Source: Octopus vulgaris
Lineage: Eukaryota
Assembly: GCA_951406725.2 (NCBI GenBank)
Contig: OX597828.1
Coordinates: 52,142,001-52,206,000, forward strand
DNA length: 64,000 nt
Reading direction: 5' to 3'
This document shows, in pieces, positions 40,494-54,850 of this stretch. A program made the position numbers and the translations under genes. The notes under the pieces are model-generated. The model did not search any database, was not told where the DNA came from, and was given only the letters and a program-made list of their open reading frames with translations. Every line of letters starts with the position of its first letter. Position 1 is the stretch's first letter.

Positions 40494-42760
40494 AGGTGTA
40501 TATATATACACACGTGCGTGTATGTGTATACATACGCACTTAAGCACACAGTATGTGTGTATGAAGCTTATGCTTTAATCCTCCGCTTGTCCGGTTTTCT
40601 TGTTCGATGTTTTATTTATGATGACCACTAGGTTTATATATTGGCTGTCACTACATAAGGTTTAATTACATTGGTCAGACTGTACGTAGTCTTGGGTTGC
40701 AGAAAATTAATTTAAAGCAAGAATCTATTAGTACTTGTGTTCTTTCACGCCTAGAGACTGAATTTCTTGATAACAGACATTATAATATTTTTCTGACTGA
40801 GATTTGAAAAGATATACCAAATTGACATCGATCGAAATGCCTTGCTGTAAAATATCCAATTTCTTGTATTCTAAGTTAAAATACCAGATGGTTTGATTTT
40901 TGATATTTTTGATATTTTTTTTCAGTTCTTTACGACAAAATTTCAAATCGCATTGCTGTCTGCTTGTATGAAAGGCCTAATTTATCTTCCGGTTTAAAAC
41001 CTCCACTTTGTCCATGGGTACATCTAGCAAAGTACGTTTGTTGTAAACATATTGGGGTAGTCTTCCGTCTAAGGATAACATCCCTCCATCTTCCGTCCAT
41101 CCATCTATCCTTTCTCCCTTCCTTTCTTCCTCCCACTTATAACGGAAACCCTGAAAAAGTCAATGGTCACTGCCCTAAACTATATAAAATAAACTCCACC
41201 ATTTTAAATATGCAAATATAATTCAAGAGACATCGAATAATAATTCAATCAGCTCAACTGATCCGGTGTGCGAAGTATCGAACGCATGTAGTTTGGTTAC
41301 TCTTCAGTTGACCACTTGTTGCTGAACATAGACCATCGTTAGTTTGCTCGATTTCCGGATGTTACTTTAAATATAATGCTATAAATACACCACACACACA
41401 CACACACACACATGTGCGTGCGTGCGTGTTGAAAGAAATACTTACATATTTATTCTTAACACGTGCAGGCAATTTCGGGTGCAAAATACTCTAGTCGTTG
41501 TATTGCATGTTATAGCATTCTGGAACACCAGTGTTTCGACATAATATGTCTCGTCAGTCAGAAGTAGTCGGAATCTTTGAGCCTAAACAAAACCGATGGC
41601 TTTGCTTAGACTCTCAGAGAGCAAATCGTTTGCTGATCGATACTTATATTTGCCAACCGATAAAAATAACTGGTATTTGCATTGTGTATAGTGAAAATGC
41701 TGCAGCGAGATCTTGTTTTCTTTGTTTGTTTTTTTTTTCTTTTTATTGTTGCTGTTGGTCTTCTCCTCTTCCACCTAATCGCCATCATCATCGTCATCAT
41801 CATCATCGTCATTGTCGTCGTCACCATCGTCGTTATCATCACCCTCACTACCACCCCCACCCCCACCCCACCCACCCCCACCATCTTCCCCCCTCATCAT
41901 CATCATCATTACCATCATAACTATCGCCATCATCACTATCGTCGTCATCATCATCATCATCATCTTCATCATCATCATCATCATCATCATCGTCGTCATC
42001 ATCGTCGTTATCATCATCCTCACTACCACCACCACCACCACCATCTTTCTCTCTCCTCATCATCATCACCATCATACCCATCACTATCATCACTATCTTC
42101 ATCATCATCGTCGTCGTCGTCGTCGTCGTCGTCATCATCATCATCATCATTATCACCATCAACAGGGTGAAACTGAGTGGAAGCCTATTACATGAATAGT
42201 TCCCGTAATTTAGGAGCAGATAATTCAGTAAATGGGACAACTAAATATATATATATATATATTTCCATATTCGGAGAGGGTTAAGAACTGGCAAATGTTT
42301 ATGATATATAAACACTCACCTGCAAACATTAACACACATATAACCCATACATATAGCATATGAAAGACGTAGTCGCAATTACAAACACACACACACACAC
42401 ACACACACACAGAAGGACACACACGCACACACACACACACACAGAAGGACACACACCCACACAGAAGCACATACACACACACACATACACACAGATTCAT
42501 ATCTATATGCGCACATGCATACAGACACTCGTATACTCCCTCAGACACACACAACCGACTCGATTCTGTAACACATCTTGGAGATACATATATACACTTA
42601 TACACGCTCTTACATTCTATACACTCACACACGCGTAAAATAGTGGACATTGTACGCGATGTACACGCATGGAAACAAAACAACGCGTACCATATATAAA
42701 CAAGCAGACGCGTTTATACATACATGCGCAGAGTAGTATAAATTTATACGCAATCATGCG

Positions 42761-42806
<46 letters not shown>

Positions 42807-42993
42807 TAAAATACAGACATTCGCACACATACAGTTGTGCAGCCAAGGACACGTATAGTTCTACATACACAGGCATACATGCACGCATGCGCACAACCCA
42901 CAGCTTTACGCTTTCAACATCCCCTTATCAAACATACCGCAAGAACAAACGCTAACATTTAGTATTCGCACACACACACATGCAGTCACACAG

Positions 42994-43031
<38 letters not shown>

Positions 43032-44004
43032 TGTAAACACACCGCTTAGAAGTTCAAACAAACATAAGCACATATGCGTCTACATTTATGCACTTACACA
43101 TACACATATGCACGCACACGTTCACACACACACACACACATATATATCCTAGTCCATGCCCATCCGATACCCACCCCACACCGTTTAATTCGCCCGTACA
43201 GTCGGTCATCTCTTAGCAACAATCGAAAACTACTAAAGTAAACAAACAAAAAAACAAATATAAAAAAATTATTAAAATAAATAAAACAGATAAACAAATA
43301 CCATGCCAGATTGCAAATGGCGACCAGTCGTACAGAAATGGCACGTGTGACACCCGATGTGCAGTGGTGCCACCAACCCACACCACTACTTGTATGGCCA
43401 GCACCACCTACCCATGCTGCCACCGGCACCATAGCCCTCACGCAAAGCATCACCATCACCCCCACCCCCACCACTACAACTACTACCACCACAACCACTA
43501 CCGCTACCACCACCATACTACCACCATCACCATCGCTAAAACGCTGACGACAACGACGACGACCACCACCACCATCGCCACGACTACCACCAGCCAAGGA
43601 AGAGCCTTTATATGGTCGCTCACCTTAGAAATAGCAGCTGGGTCTCTCGAAAAATCTTTGACCTCCGTCTTAATAATATAAAGGTTACATTGAATAATAA
43701 TGTATTCCTAGATACATAATGACAGCAGCGGATTGGTAGTGTGGTTAGAGAGTTTGCTAGGTTATCTTGCGTTATTGAATCCAAGGCATTGCAGTCCGAG
43801 TTCGAATCCAGCCAATATCCGATTTCACCTTTCATCCCTTTCGATGTTGAATAAAGCACAACTTCAGTACAAGTTACGGTGTTGGTGGTTGTTGTTGTTG
43901 TCGTTGTCGTTGTTGTCGTCGTCGTTGTTGTTGGTGATGGTGGTGTTGCTGTTGTTGTTGTTGTTCTTCTTTTTCTTCTTTGTCCCCCCCCCCAAGTCTA
44001 AATA

Positions 44005-44235
44005 TATTTCTTTACTGCCCAGAAGGGGCTAAACATAGAGGGGACAAACAAGTACAGACGAAGGGATTGAGTCGATTATATCGCCCCCAGTGCGAAACTG
44101 GTACTTTATTTATCGACCCCGAAAGGATGAAAGGCAAAGTCGACCTCGGCGGTATTTGAACTCAGAACGTAACGACAGACGAAATACCGCTAAGCATTTC
44201 GCCCAGCGCGCTAACGTGTCTGCCAGCTCGCCGCC
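44005..44235 (-). mobile_element. Full-length single group C SINE (C2 tail)
   Basis: Minus strand GGCGGCGAGCTGGCAG head, Meta-like core, tail ending GTAAAGAAATA. Confidence 0.9.
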
Positions 44236-45654
44236 GCATGCCGCAACGACTTCACCAGGCAGTAAGGCCCAAGGCAAGGCAAGATGGCTGCGGAAACCTT
44301 GAGCCTAGTTTGGTCTGCTGGAACAGGACGGATTAAAAATCACCAGCACTACCATTTCATCACTCCAATCTGCATGAACAAAAACACACCACCAACAACA
44401 CTAGTACAACCGCCTCTACACCTATCCACACTATGACTACCTACAAACAATACTAGTTCTATTCCTTGTATCACAACACTAGTAGTACTGCCACTATCTC
44501 CCAAACATACTACTACTAGAACAATATACCCACACCATCCGATGGTCGTTTATTTACTCTTAGAAAACATGTTACGATAAAAGTGAAATTTCGTTGCTGT
44601 CCCCAGAAAATCGAACGACCATGTAGAGGTTACCTCATTAGTTTGTACGCATTTGATGTTTTAATATGGGCAAAAAATGACGGAATGCGTACCTCCTCCA
44701 CTCTCCTGGATAAAACGCTAGCCTTTCACAAATTAGCATTTCTCGCAGATTGCGGAGTCGAATTCAATTGATAACTGGTAAAAATATTGTTGAAGATAAA
44801 TGTTTCCACCTGATAAATGATCTTCAACTACCACCAGCACCACCAGCACCACCACCAGCACCAGCACCACCACCACCACCGCTGCCGCCGCCGCCACCAC
44901 CACCACCACCGCCGCAGCCGCCACCACCGACGCTGCCATCTCCTCAATCACTACTAACAATATTACAAGCATCAGCACCGCGACCATTTCATCGAACCTC
45001 TACACGGTCGACCAACATACTAGAAATAAAAGCTAAATCTCTATCCAGCATACTTCATAACTACAACAGCTCGAACAACAACAACAACAACAACACCAAC
45101 ACCATCACCCCACATCACCATTACCCCGTACTTCCCTACCCCCACCACCACTACCTTGAAAATGAAAAAAAAAGGAGTAAAAAGAAATCCAACAAGAACA
45201 ACCGTAACAACAGCTTACAACACCCTGATCGCCACCCCACCCCCACCTCCCACATCCACCCCGTCCTCTTCAGCCAAAACAACAAACGCCCCCTCCTCAT
45301 ACCACCACAACCACCATCGCAACCAGCAACAATAACATTGCGCACGTGCTGTACACACTTTGTACTGAAGTGTTTACTGATGCCGTAGACAACGGTTATA
45401 GTCACGCCGAACCCTGTCAAGGAGTTGGCTGGGCGGGGGACAGGGAAAGAAGGTGTGGTAGGGAGTGGGGTGAGGAATGGTTAGCGGGTGGATGGGCGGG
45501 CGGGTGGGTGACAAAGCGACTGCGAACTAGTGTGGGTGTTCGTATAGCTGGTTGTTGTGGTGGTAGTTTGCAATGGTGATGTAGGTGCCGTGTAGTGGTA
45601 GCTTTTGTAGTGGAAATAGTTTGGGTGCAGTGGTGGATTTGTTGTGATTGTAGT

Positions 45655-45822
45655 AGGAGTGGCTGTGTGGTAAGTAGCTTGCTTACAAACCATATGGTTC
45701 CGGGTTCAGTCCCACTACTTGGAACTTTGGGCAAGTGTCTTCTACTATAGTCTCGGGCCAACCAAAGACTTGTGAGTAGATTTGGTAAACGGAAACTGAA
45801 AGAAGCCCGTCGTATATATGTG

Positions 45823-45853
<31 letters not shown>

Positions 45854-46037
45854 ATGCTTGTGTATCTGTGTTTGTCCCCACAAACATCGCTTGACAACCG
45901 ATGCAGGTGTGTTTACGTCCTCGTAACTTAGAATAAGTACAAGGCTTACAAAGAATAAGTCCTGAGGTTGATTTGCTCGACTAAAGGCGGTGCTCCAGCA
46001 TGGCCACAGTCAAATGACTGAAACAAGTAAAAGAGTA
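45655..46037 (+). mobile_element. Group A SINE
   Basis: Matches the other copies, with a small internal deletion near 45930. Confidence 0.92.
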
Positions 46038-46136
46038 GTAGATTATGCTGTTCTTGTTGATGCTAGTGTTATTGATTTGGTAGTAGTACCGGTTAGTAAT
46101 GGCGATGGTCATAGCTTCCTTTGTAGTGGTGGTATT

Positions 46137-46672
46137 ATTCTTTTCTGCTCTAGGCACAAGGCCCATTAACTAGATCGATTCCAGTACGCAACTGGTGCTT
46201 GATTTATCGACCTCGAAAGGATAAAAGGCAAAGTCGACCTCGGCTGGATTTGAACTCAGAAGGTAACGGCAGACGATACACCTATTTCTATTTATTTACT
46301 ACGCACAAGGGGCTAAATACAGAGAAGAAAAACAAGGACAGACAAACGGGTTAAGTCGATTATATAAACCCCAGTACGTAACTGGTACTTATTTAAATCG
46401 ACCCCGAAAGGATGAAAGGCAAAGTCGACCTCGGCGGAATTTGAACTCAGAACGTAGCGGCAGACGAAATACCGGTAAGCATTTCGTCCGGCGTGCTAAC
46501 GTTTCTGCCAGCTCGCCGTCTTAGTAGTAAGGATTATTACATGGTCAAGTTCAAATACCACCGAAGTCGACTTTGCCTTTCATCATATTCGGGGCCGATA
46601 AAATAAGAACCAATGCAGGTAAGTCTTGTGGTTGATGTAATCCTTTTATCTCTTCTCCGAAATTGCTGGCCA
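46137..46672. mobile_element. Group C SINE dimer (minus, 46137-46522) plus partial plus-strand copy (46547-46672)
   Basis: Same junction as at 26361; adjacent copy in the opposite orientation. Confidence 0.85.
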
Positions 46673-47705
46673 TGGAGTAAGTATTGGCGGTAGCTTCTTT
46701 TTTATCTTCTTTTTTTTTCTTTGCCCGACCTGTTATTAGTTTTTGCTATGCTTGACCTTAGTGAAAAAATACAGCAACAACAATAAAGAAAGACATTCCA
46801 GTCATGACAATTCTGTCTTTTATTCAGAAGATTATTATTCTCAGACTTAATATCCAATATGAGCTTCATTTTGTTTTCTTTTTCAGTTATAGACAGTGAG
46901 CTGTGATTTGAGGGATGCTGGGTAGGTATTTCTAGCAGAACAGATACATTGACAGACACGATACTAAGTGTTCTTCCGTCGACACAGTTACTGTATCCAC
47001 TTAGTTTGTGACCACCACCACCACTAACAACATCAATTAGTACCATCACAACCACCACTACCACCACTACCAACACCACTAACATCAGCTTCAACAAGCA
47101 CCACTAAAACCAGTACCACCACCAACAACAACAACAACGACAAAAATACAATGCGGCAACAACACATGGTCACACGATCTGAAAGAAATAGCAACCAAAT
47201 TATTCTCATATTAGACTCCACAGTTTTTTGAAAGTCAGGACCACAGTGTGCAATGGAGGGCTACAGGGGCACCAGTACACGTTGGCTCGTGTGTTTGTAT
47301 TGTACGGCGGTGTAGCGATGGTGTTAGAGTGTCCAGTGCACGTGAACTCTATTGTTAGGGTTACATTCACCGAAAGCCCAGTCTTCGAATGTACTTAAAC
47401 TAACCAAACTCAACCTCCTTTTCTTCCTTTCTCTTTCTCGTCCCCACTCCCACTCCCACTCACGTACACGCTTACATGACTCGAAACGCACACACAGATG
47501 GAATCAAACCTCCACTTTATTGTTGACATACACGTATACACAAACACAAATACACAAACTCACACTTGTACTCACTTACATAAGCAGATACATATGCATA
47601 TATGTGTGCATACATATTTACATATATATACATATAAACATACAAGCATACACACATATTTATATGTATGTAAAATAGATAGAAATAACGAGTTGTATAC
47701 GTTTA

Positions 47706-48074
47706 CTAGTTGTATCGCCCGGCGTTGCTCGGGTTTGTTTCGACCCTTTAGAATTGGAATTTTTGAAAAGTAAAAGTTTTGCATTGTGTAGCATGTTATT
47801 CTCTTTAAGTGAACATTTTTCTGGTTGAAATACACCGAAAATGGCGACACAGCAGTCAAAAAATCGTAAAAAATAGGGATTTTCATAGAAAAAAAGCACC
47901 TTTTTGATGTAAATAATTTTTGGTGTTAACATGGTCCGATTTGAATTTTTTGTTCTACGGAAGGAAGAGCAAGCCTTCTTCCATCATACTCTCAGGGTCT
48001 CGGAGGAGATAGTGTTAGTTGAAGGCTACCAAACCTGCCATACACACACAACTTCAGCCTTATATAGAGAGAGA
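47706..48074 (-). mobile_element. Complete non-autonomous Helitron
   Basis: Minus strand 5'-TC(TC)TATATAAGG..., 3' hairpin CCCGAGCAACGCCGGG then CTAG; sits between host A (47705) and T (48075); no TSD. Confidence 0.8.
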
Positions 48075-48674
48075 TTTATTTATATATTTATTTATTATAG
48101 GATTAGTGTTGTTTCAAATATGCCTTTGTGTGCGTTCATGGTTCAATACCCCATTTTCGACTTTCCACACCATCTTCAGCAGCTTTTTATATTTTCTTTT
48201 CGTATCTCCCTTTTTTGACTGTTTCTTTAGTGTATTTAAATGTTATAGATATAGATTATATAATACAATAAGATTATATTTATTCTTAAGGGTATAAAAT
48301 ATGTATCAATCAATCCATTGCTCGATTGAAAATATAGGGAGCCACTAGCACAATGCTGCCTTCGTCAGATAGATGGAAGAGCATTGTAGTAAATGAAGGA
48401 GAGTATTTTTCAGATTAAAAAAAACTTTGTTTATCTTAATTTTAAGAAATAAAAGAAATATAAAAAAACGTATTATTTATGGGATGACGCAATATATTGA
48501 CATATATGTATACACATACATTCACACCCATACATGTTTACATATGTATATTCGTGTGTGTGTGTATGGATATATTTACTGATATATACATATACATTAA
48601 CAAAGACAGATAAATGGATAGATAGATATAAATTTATATGCACGCAGACACGTACATACACACACACATACACA

Positions 48675-48712
<38 letters not shown>

Positions 48713-49540
48713 TTGATGATTGATTTTTATCTTCCAAATTACACAGGAGGTCAGATCACAATCCGTTCACTATTTTGGTTCCACACATTGGTCACTCATA
48801 TCTACTCTCTGTTGGTCCCGACACCACTCCGCCGCTGATCATCCCCATCCTCGTAACAACCCCCTACACACCCCCTACACATCGCCAACTGGAGTAGATA
48901 GCAACCAACAAAATACCCATCACCACCATCCTTCACCCCCTCCCCCACATAATCCACGAATGTTGTGAGTGTGCACAACCTCTCCTTTTCTTTTTTCATC
49001 CTCTTTATCTCCACGCTTCTTTCTCTCTATCTATCGCTACCTATCTTACGATCACAAACACATGCACACTCACACTTGACTTGCTCGCAAGTGCACATGC
49101 GCCATGACAACCCCGCTGAAAGGTCAATGCTTGCTCCTTCAGCGAAAATTGAAAACAAAAGTATTAGTCTTAGATTAGTTGTATGATTCTGATTATAAAA
49201 TAGTCATTCAAGAGAGACACGCGAGACAATGCACACACATAGGCACGCGTGCACGATACATACACACATATATATACATGTTCGTGCACAAACAAATATG
49301 CATACGTATGCGCATATGAGTAAATTTATACACTCAAAGTCGTATGCATTTATATGCAACTGCAATAGTGTATGTATGAATATATATATATATATATATA
49401 TGTACGTATGTGTACGTATGTGTACGTATGTGTGAAAACATATGTGAATGTACGTATGTATGCTGTATGTATATTATGCCATACATATATATATATGTGT
49501 GTGCATTTTGTGTATACATAAATGTGCGCGCGTGTGTGAG

Positions 49541-49594
<54 letters not shown>

Positions 49595-49734
49595 CACAAC
49601 GACCTCGAACACACAAGTGCAAACAAGGGAGTCAGAGAAAGGCAGAATGCCACTTATATCTGAATACTACTATAGAAATATTCCTTTAAAAAACTTTTCT
49701 TCTAATTTTTCTAAATTTAATTATTTAATCGTTA

Positions 49735-49772
49735 CAATTGAAAAGGTATCAAAATGACCGAAACCGGTACTG
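49735..49772 (+). ncRNA. Hammerhead-like motif, U3-A8 core variant
   Basis: TTGAAAA-GGT-atcaaaatg-ACC-GAAA-CCGG-TA inside a cassette bounded by (TA)n tracts; helix I is weak. Confidence 0.5.
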
Positions 49773-49821
49773 AAAGATTCACTATAAAATTATTTTAGCA
49801 TTTTCTATTTTTGACTTGTTT

Positions 49822-49871
<50 letters not shown>

Positions 49872-50834
49872 AAAATAGGCAACATTTGAGCCTCTACGTC
49901 ATCAGAGGAACTGCAAGAAACAGCTGTAGTATCCACTGCAAATCTTACCCAGTAACATAATCACGCAAAGAAACTACTCATCTGATAATATATGTAAACT
50001 ATAGGGTATGTATATAAACGAAGGAAATTTAATTATTTCTCTGTAGACTGAAAAAAAAAAATGATGAATAACCTCAATCAATGTTCGAATCTTATTGGAC
50101 TTTTATCAGATATGTCTACATCAATATTACCTTTCCGAGAGAAAGAGTAGCCGATCTTTATTTTTTTTTTAATCAACAATTATACTAGCTACAGAAAACT
50201 GGAGCTGCTAATTTGAATACCTTAAGTGATAACACTTCATTTGCTTGTCAACGGGAATCTCAATCGTACAGTGTCACGGTATTATATAATACATGTAATC
50301 TAAATTGCAGATATACAGACAGGGCTAATTTAGCTATTTCTCAATGCATTAATAAGATTGACGAATAAACTTAATCGATTTTTTAATCTTATTGTATTCT
50401 CATCACAGTTGTCTGCATTAATTTGACCAATTCCAGAGAAACAAAGCAATCAACCTGTTTATATTCTCAACAGTTACCGAAGCTACAGAAAATTGGAGTT
50501 ACTAGCTTGCATACGGTTAGTGTTGCAGAGTATAAACATACGACGAGATTGGCTGTAACCGTAAGTTTCATCCTAGGACTGCTCAGTAATTGTTAACACC
50601 AGACCCTTCTCCTCGTCTCACTGTAGCCATTCCTCGAACCTCGAACAATCCAGGCATGGGTATAAAAACAAGTTTCAGTTTCTTCTCAGTATAAAATGAA
50701 ACATATAATCTCAAAATATGTCAGGATAATGTGAGAGCCCTTCTATTGACTTAGTTGGAAACTGTAGAAAGAAGACCAGGAAAATGAAATGACTGAACCA
50801 GGAATCAAACTTACATTCATATGATCTTTTTTTT

Positions 50835-51266
50835 AAGATGGTAGGATAGTATTCAAGGAAGATGGTAGGATAGTATTCAAGGAAGATGGTAGAATAGTAT
50901 CCAAGGAAGATGGTAGAATAGTATTCAAGGAAGATGGTAGGATAGTATTCAAGGAAGATGGTAGAATAGTATTCAAGGAAGATGGTAGGATAGTATCCAA
51001 AGAAGATGGTAGAATAGTATTCAAGGAAGATGGTAGAATAGCATTCAAGGAAGATGGTAGGATAGTATTCAAGGAAGATGGTAGGATAGTAGTCAAGGAA
51101 GATGGTAGGATAGTATTCAAGGAAGATGGTAGAATAGTATTCAAGGAAGATGGTAGAATAGTATTCAAGGAAGATGGTAGGATAGTATTCAAGGAAGATG
51201 GTAGGATAGTATTCAAGGAAGATGGTAGGATAGTATTCAAGGAAGATGGTAGAATAGTATTCAAGG
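50835..51266. repeat. 24-bp minisatellite, about 18 copies
   Basis: Unit AAGATGGTAG(G/A)ATAGTATTCAAGG, contiguous with no spacers. Confidence 0.97.
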
Positions 51267-51869
51267 GGCGAAGTCCTACGATCAGAAACATTTTTTTTTG
51301 TTTTTGGTTTTGAAAAGAGAAGAAAAATTGAAACAGGCAGCGGACAGACTTTCTGGAATATGAAGGATTAAGAATCCATCGTAATAGACGGCACAGGATG
51401 AAGAGTGGAGGGTAAAGTGGGTGCTGCAGGAGGGGCGGGAGAAAGGAAGGAGAAATATGACCAGAAGAAGTTGAAGCCGAAGAAGGTGACTAAAGAAAAT
51501 GGCGTGTATATATCTATATGTACTGTGGTGGTGGTGGCGGTGGTGGTGGTGGTGGTTTTTGGGGTGAGTTGTATTTCATTTGTGACGTAGTTTAGAAATG
51601 GGCGTAGTCACTACGTGAGTAGATAAGACTTTTGGGAACTGACTGCGGCAGACGTCCGGCTGGCGTTTGTTGGAGTGGTGGTCAAGTTAAATCATAGTCT
51701 AGGGCTGTGAAGGAGGAGGGGAAGAGAGAGGTGCAAGTAAAGGATTACAACAAGAAAATCTAACCCTAATTTCTACAACAACAAAAATAACTGCCGCATT
51801 GAAGGCAACGGATGAAGTGAAGCTATCGTTTTCAGTCTTCTATGTGGTACAAGAGAAAGATAGATAGAG

Positions 51870-51914
<45 letters not shown>

Positions 51915-51920
51915 AACATC

Positions 51921-51968
<48 letters not shown>

Positions 51969-51970
<2 letters not shown>

Positions 51971-52145
51971 GTTTCTTTATCGGCCACACAGGCCTGCACA
52001 CAGATGGGACAAGTTACAAGGTAGAGCTTTTCTTTTGGGGGAGAAAAAAAAAAAGGTGGCGTAGGTTTTCGATCAAAAGGGATCGTAAAAGGGAAAAAAG
52101 AACAAAAAAAAGGAAAAGAAAAACAAGAAAAGAAAGGGAAGGGGG

Positions 52146-52147
<2 letters not shown>
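51969..52147 (-). mobile_element. Probable LINE 3' UTR fragment within (GATA)n
   Basis: Pyrimidine-rich minus strand ending TTGTCCCATCTGTGTGCAGGCCTGTGTGGCCGATAAAGAAAC; GATA repeats on both sides. Confidence 0.5.
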
Positions 52148-52206
<59 letters not shown>

Positions 52207-52207
<1 letters not shown>

Positions 52208-52431
52208 AGGCGGTGCGCTTGCAGAAACGTTAGCACACCGGGCGAAATGCTTAGCGGTATTTCGTCTGCCGCTACGTTCTGAGTTCAAATTCCGCCGACG
52301 TTGCCTTTCATTCTTTCGGGTCGATTAAATAAGTACTAGTTACGTACTGGGGTCGATTTGATCGACTTAATCCGTTTGTCTGTTGTTGTTTGTCCCCTCT
52401 GTGTGTAGCCTCTTGTGTGCAGTTAAGAAAT

Positions 52432-52432
<1 letters not shown>
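52207..52432 (+). mobile_element. Full-length group C SINE (C2 tail) within (GATA)n
   Basis: Head, B box, Meta-like core, tail AAGAAATAA. Confidence 0.9.
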
Positions 52433-52528
<96 letters not shown>

Positions 52529-52848
52529 GTAGGGGGAGTAAGAGTGAGAGATAGAGGTAGAGACTGAGAGAGCGAGGTAGAGTATGAGGTTTTCAGATTC
52601 AAAAAAATGAAATGACCAGAACTGAAACCTATCCATATGGTAGCGAACTAGCAGAATCGTTAATGGTATCTGTGCCTCATTACATTCTGAGTTCGAATTC
52701 GACCCGTGTTGACTTTGCCTTTCATCCTTTCCGGTTCGGGGAAATAAGTACCAGTCAAGTACTAGGGTCGCTGTATTCAACTTACCCCCAATCCGAAATT
52801 GCTAACCATGTGCTAACAAAAGAAAAGAATTTAAACGTATCTGTCACA

Positions 52849-53263
52849 AGTAGCTGTGTGGTAAGAAGCTTGCTTACAAGCCACATGGTTCCGGGTTCAG
52901 TCCCACTGCGTTGCACCTTGGCAAGTGTCTTCTACTATAGCCTCGGGCCGACCAAAGCCTTGTGAGTGGATTTGGCAGATGGAAACTGAAAGAAGCCCGT
53001 CGTATATATGTATATATATATGTCTGCGTATGTGTGTGTGCATATGTTTGTGTGTCTGTGTTTGTTTCCCCCAACATCACTTGACGACCGATGCTGGTGT
53101 GTTTACGTCCCCGTAACTTAGCGGTTCGGCAAAAGAGACCGATAGAATAAGTACTAGGCTTACAAAGAATGGGTCCTAGGATCGATTTGCTCGACTATAG
53201 GCGGTGCTCCAGCATGGACACAGTCAAATGACTGACACAAGTAAAAGAGTAAAAGAGTAAAAG
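52849..53263 (+). mobile_element. Group A SINE
   Basis: Matches the other copies; GTAAAAGA tail repeats. Confidence 0.92.
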
Positions 53264-53270
53264 TGATCAT

Positions 53271-53623
53271 GTTCTATTCTAGGCACAAGGCCAGAAATTT
53301 TTAAGTGGTGGTGGTAGTGGGGTGGGGCAGTCGATTAGATTGACCTCGGCAGACTTTGAACTCAGAACGTAGCGGCAGACGAAATACCACTAAGCATTTC
53401 GCCCGGTATGCTAACGTTTCTTATTTCTTTACTACCCACAAGGGGCTAAACATAGAGAGGACAAACAAGCACAGATAAACGGATTAAGTCGATTATATCT
53501 ACCCCCATTGCGTAACTGGTAATTATTTTATCGACCTCGGCGGAATTTGATCTCAGAACGTAACGGCAGACGAAATACCGGTAAGAATTTCGCCCGGCGT
53601 GCTAACGTTTCTAGTTCGCCACC
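53271..53623 (-). mobile_element. Group C SINE dimer with internal deletions
   Basis: Two partial units joined at about 53421. Confidence 0.82.
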
Positions 53624-53845
53624 TTCACCAAAGAGCATATTACCACAGCCGAGAGTGAAAGACCCTTTTTCTCTACCCAACAGATCGATCCTATAAAACG
53701 TATCATTAGAGAAAGAGATAATTTTTCGCTTTAGAGCAACAAAAACGATATACTGCCTTAAAGCACCAAAACAAAAAAGAAAAGAAAAAGGACTGACAAA
53801 ATTCTTCACATGGATAAAACATTTCTACACTTTTAATAAATATAT

Positions 53846-53880
<35 letters not shown>

Positions 53881-53916
53881 CATATATTTATACACATGTA
53901 TGTATATGTATACGCA

Positions 53917-53970
<54 letters not shown>

Positions 53971-54000
53971 AATGTGTGCATGTGCTGTCCCAGTTTGTAT

Positions 54001-54051
<51 letters not shown>

Positions 54052-54417
54052 CATATATATATATATACAGTGAGAAGGAGCGAGAGATTCATGTACCTTC
54101 GCACGCACAAGTACATACATACACACAAACATATATATCTGCACGTGAAAGAATGTGTTGGTGGATGTTTAAATAGCGAAAGAAAGGAAGAGAGAGAGAG
54201 AGACGGAAAGAGAGGAGAACGAAAGAGAAGTACGTGAAAAAAACCGAATACCAGAAGATATCTGATATTTGCACATTATGAATAAAATATTAGTCGATAA
54301 TTTATTATGGTGACAATAATAATCTAGAATACATGACAGGAATAGCAATTAAAACATCTCAGAGATGAGTCTTAACGCTGCTAGTCACTTTGTTGATACA
54401 CATAGATAGATAGATAG

Positions 54418-54589
<172 letters not shown>

Positions 54590-54723
54590 ATAGATACGTA
54601 GGGGCGGAATGCATCGAGTTTTCTCTTCGTTCACCGTTAATTCTTACAGCCATTGATGTTTATATATATCAGCATATAATTTATAAACACACACACACAT
54701 ATATACAGATGTGTTATATATTC

Positions 54724-54800
<77 letters not shown>

Positions 54801-54819
54801 TATATACTTATATACATTC

Positions 54820-54850
<31 letters not shown>

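Noticed and set aside
44750-45388. Proline-rich 212-aa ORF resembling a formin or WASP segment
   Set aside because: Made of (CCA)n/(CCG)n/(AAC)n low-complexity DNA; no flanking domain or clear exon structure.
49868-49935. Further hammerhead halves (minus-strand CTGATGA; plus-strand GAAACAGCTGTA)
   Set aside because: Halves are on opposite strands and do not form one motif; too degenerate to call.
50833-51291. CRISPR array or repeat-protein CDS
   Set aside because: Contiguous units with no unique spacers, eukaryotic context, no cas genes; simple minisatellite.
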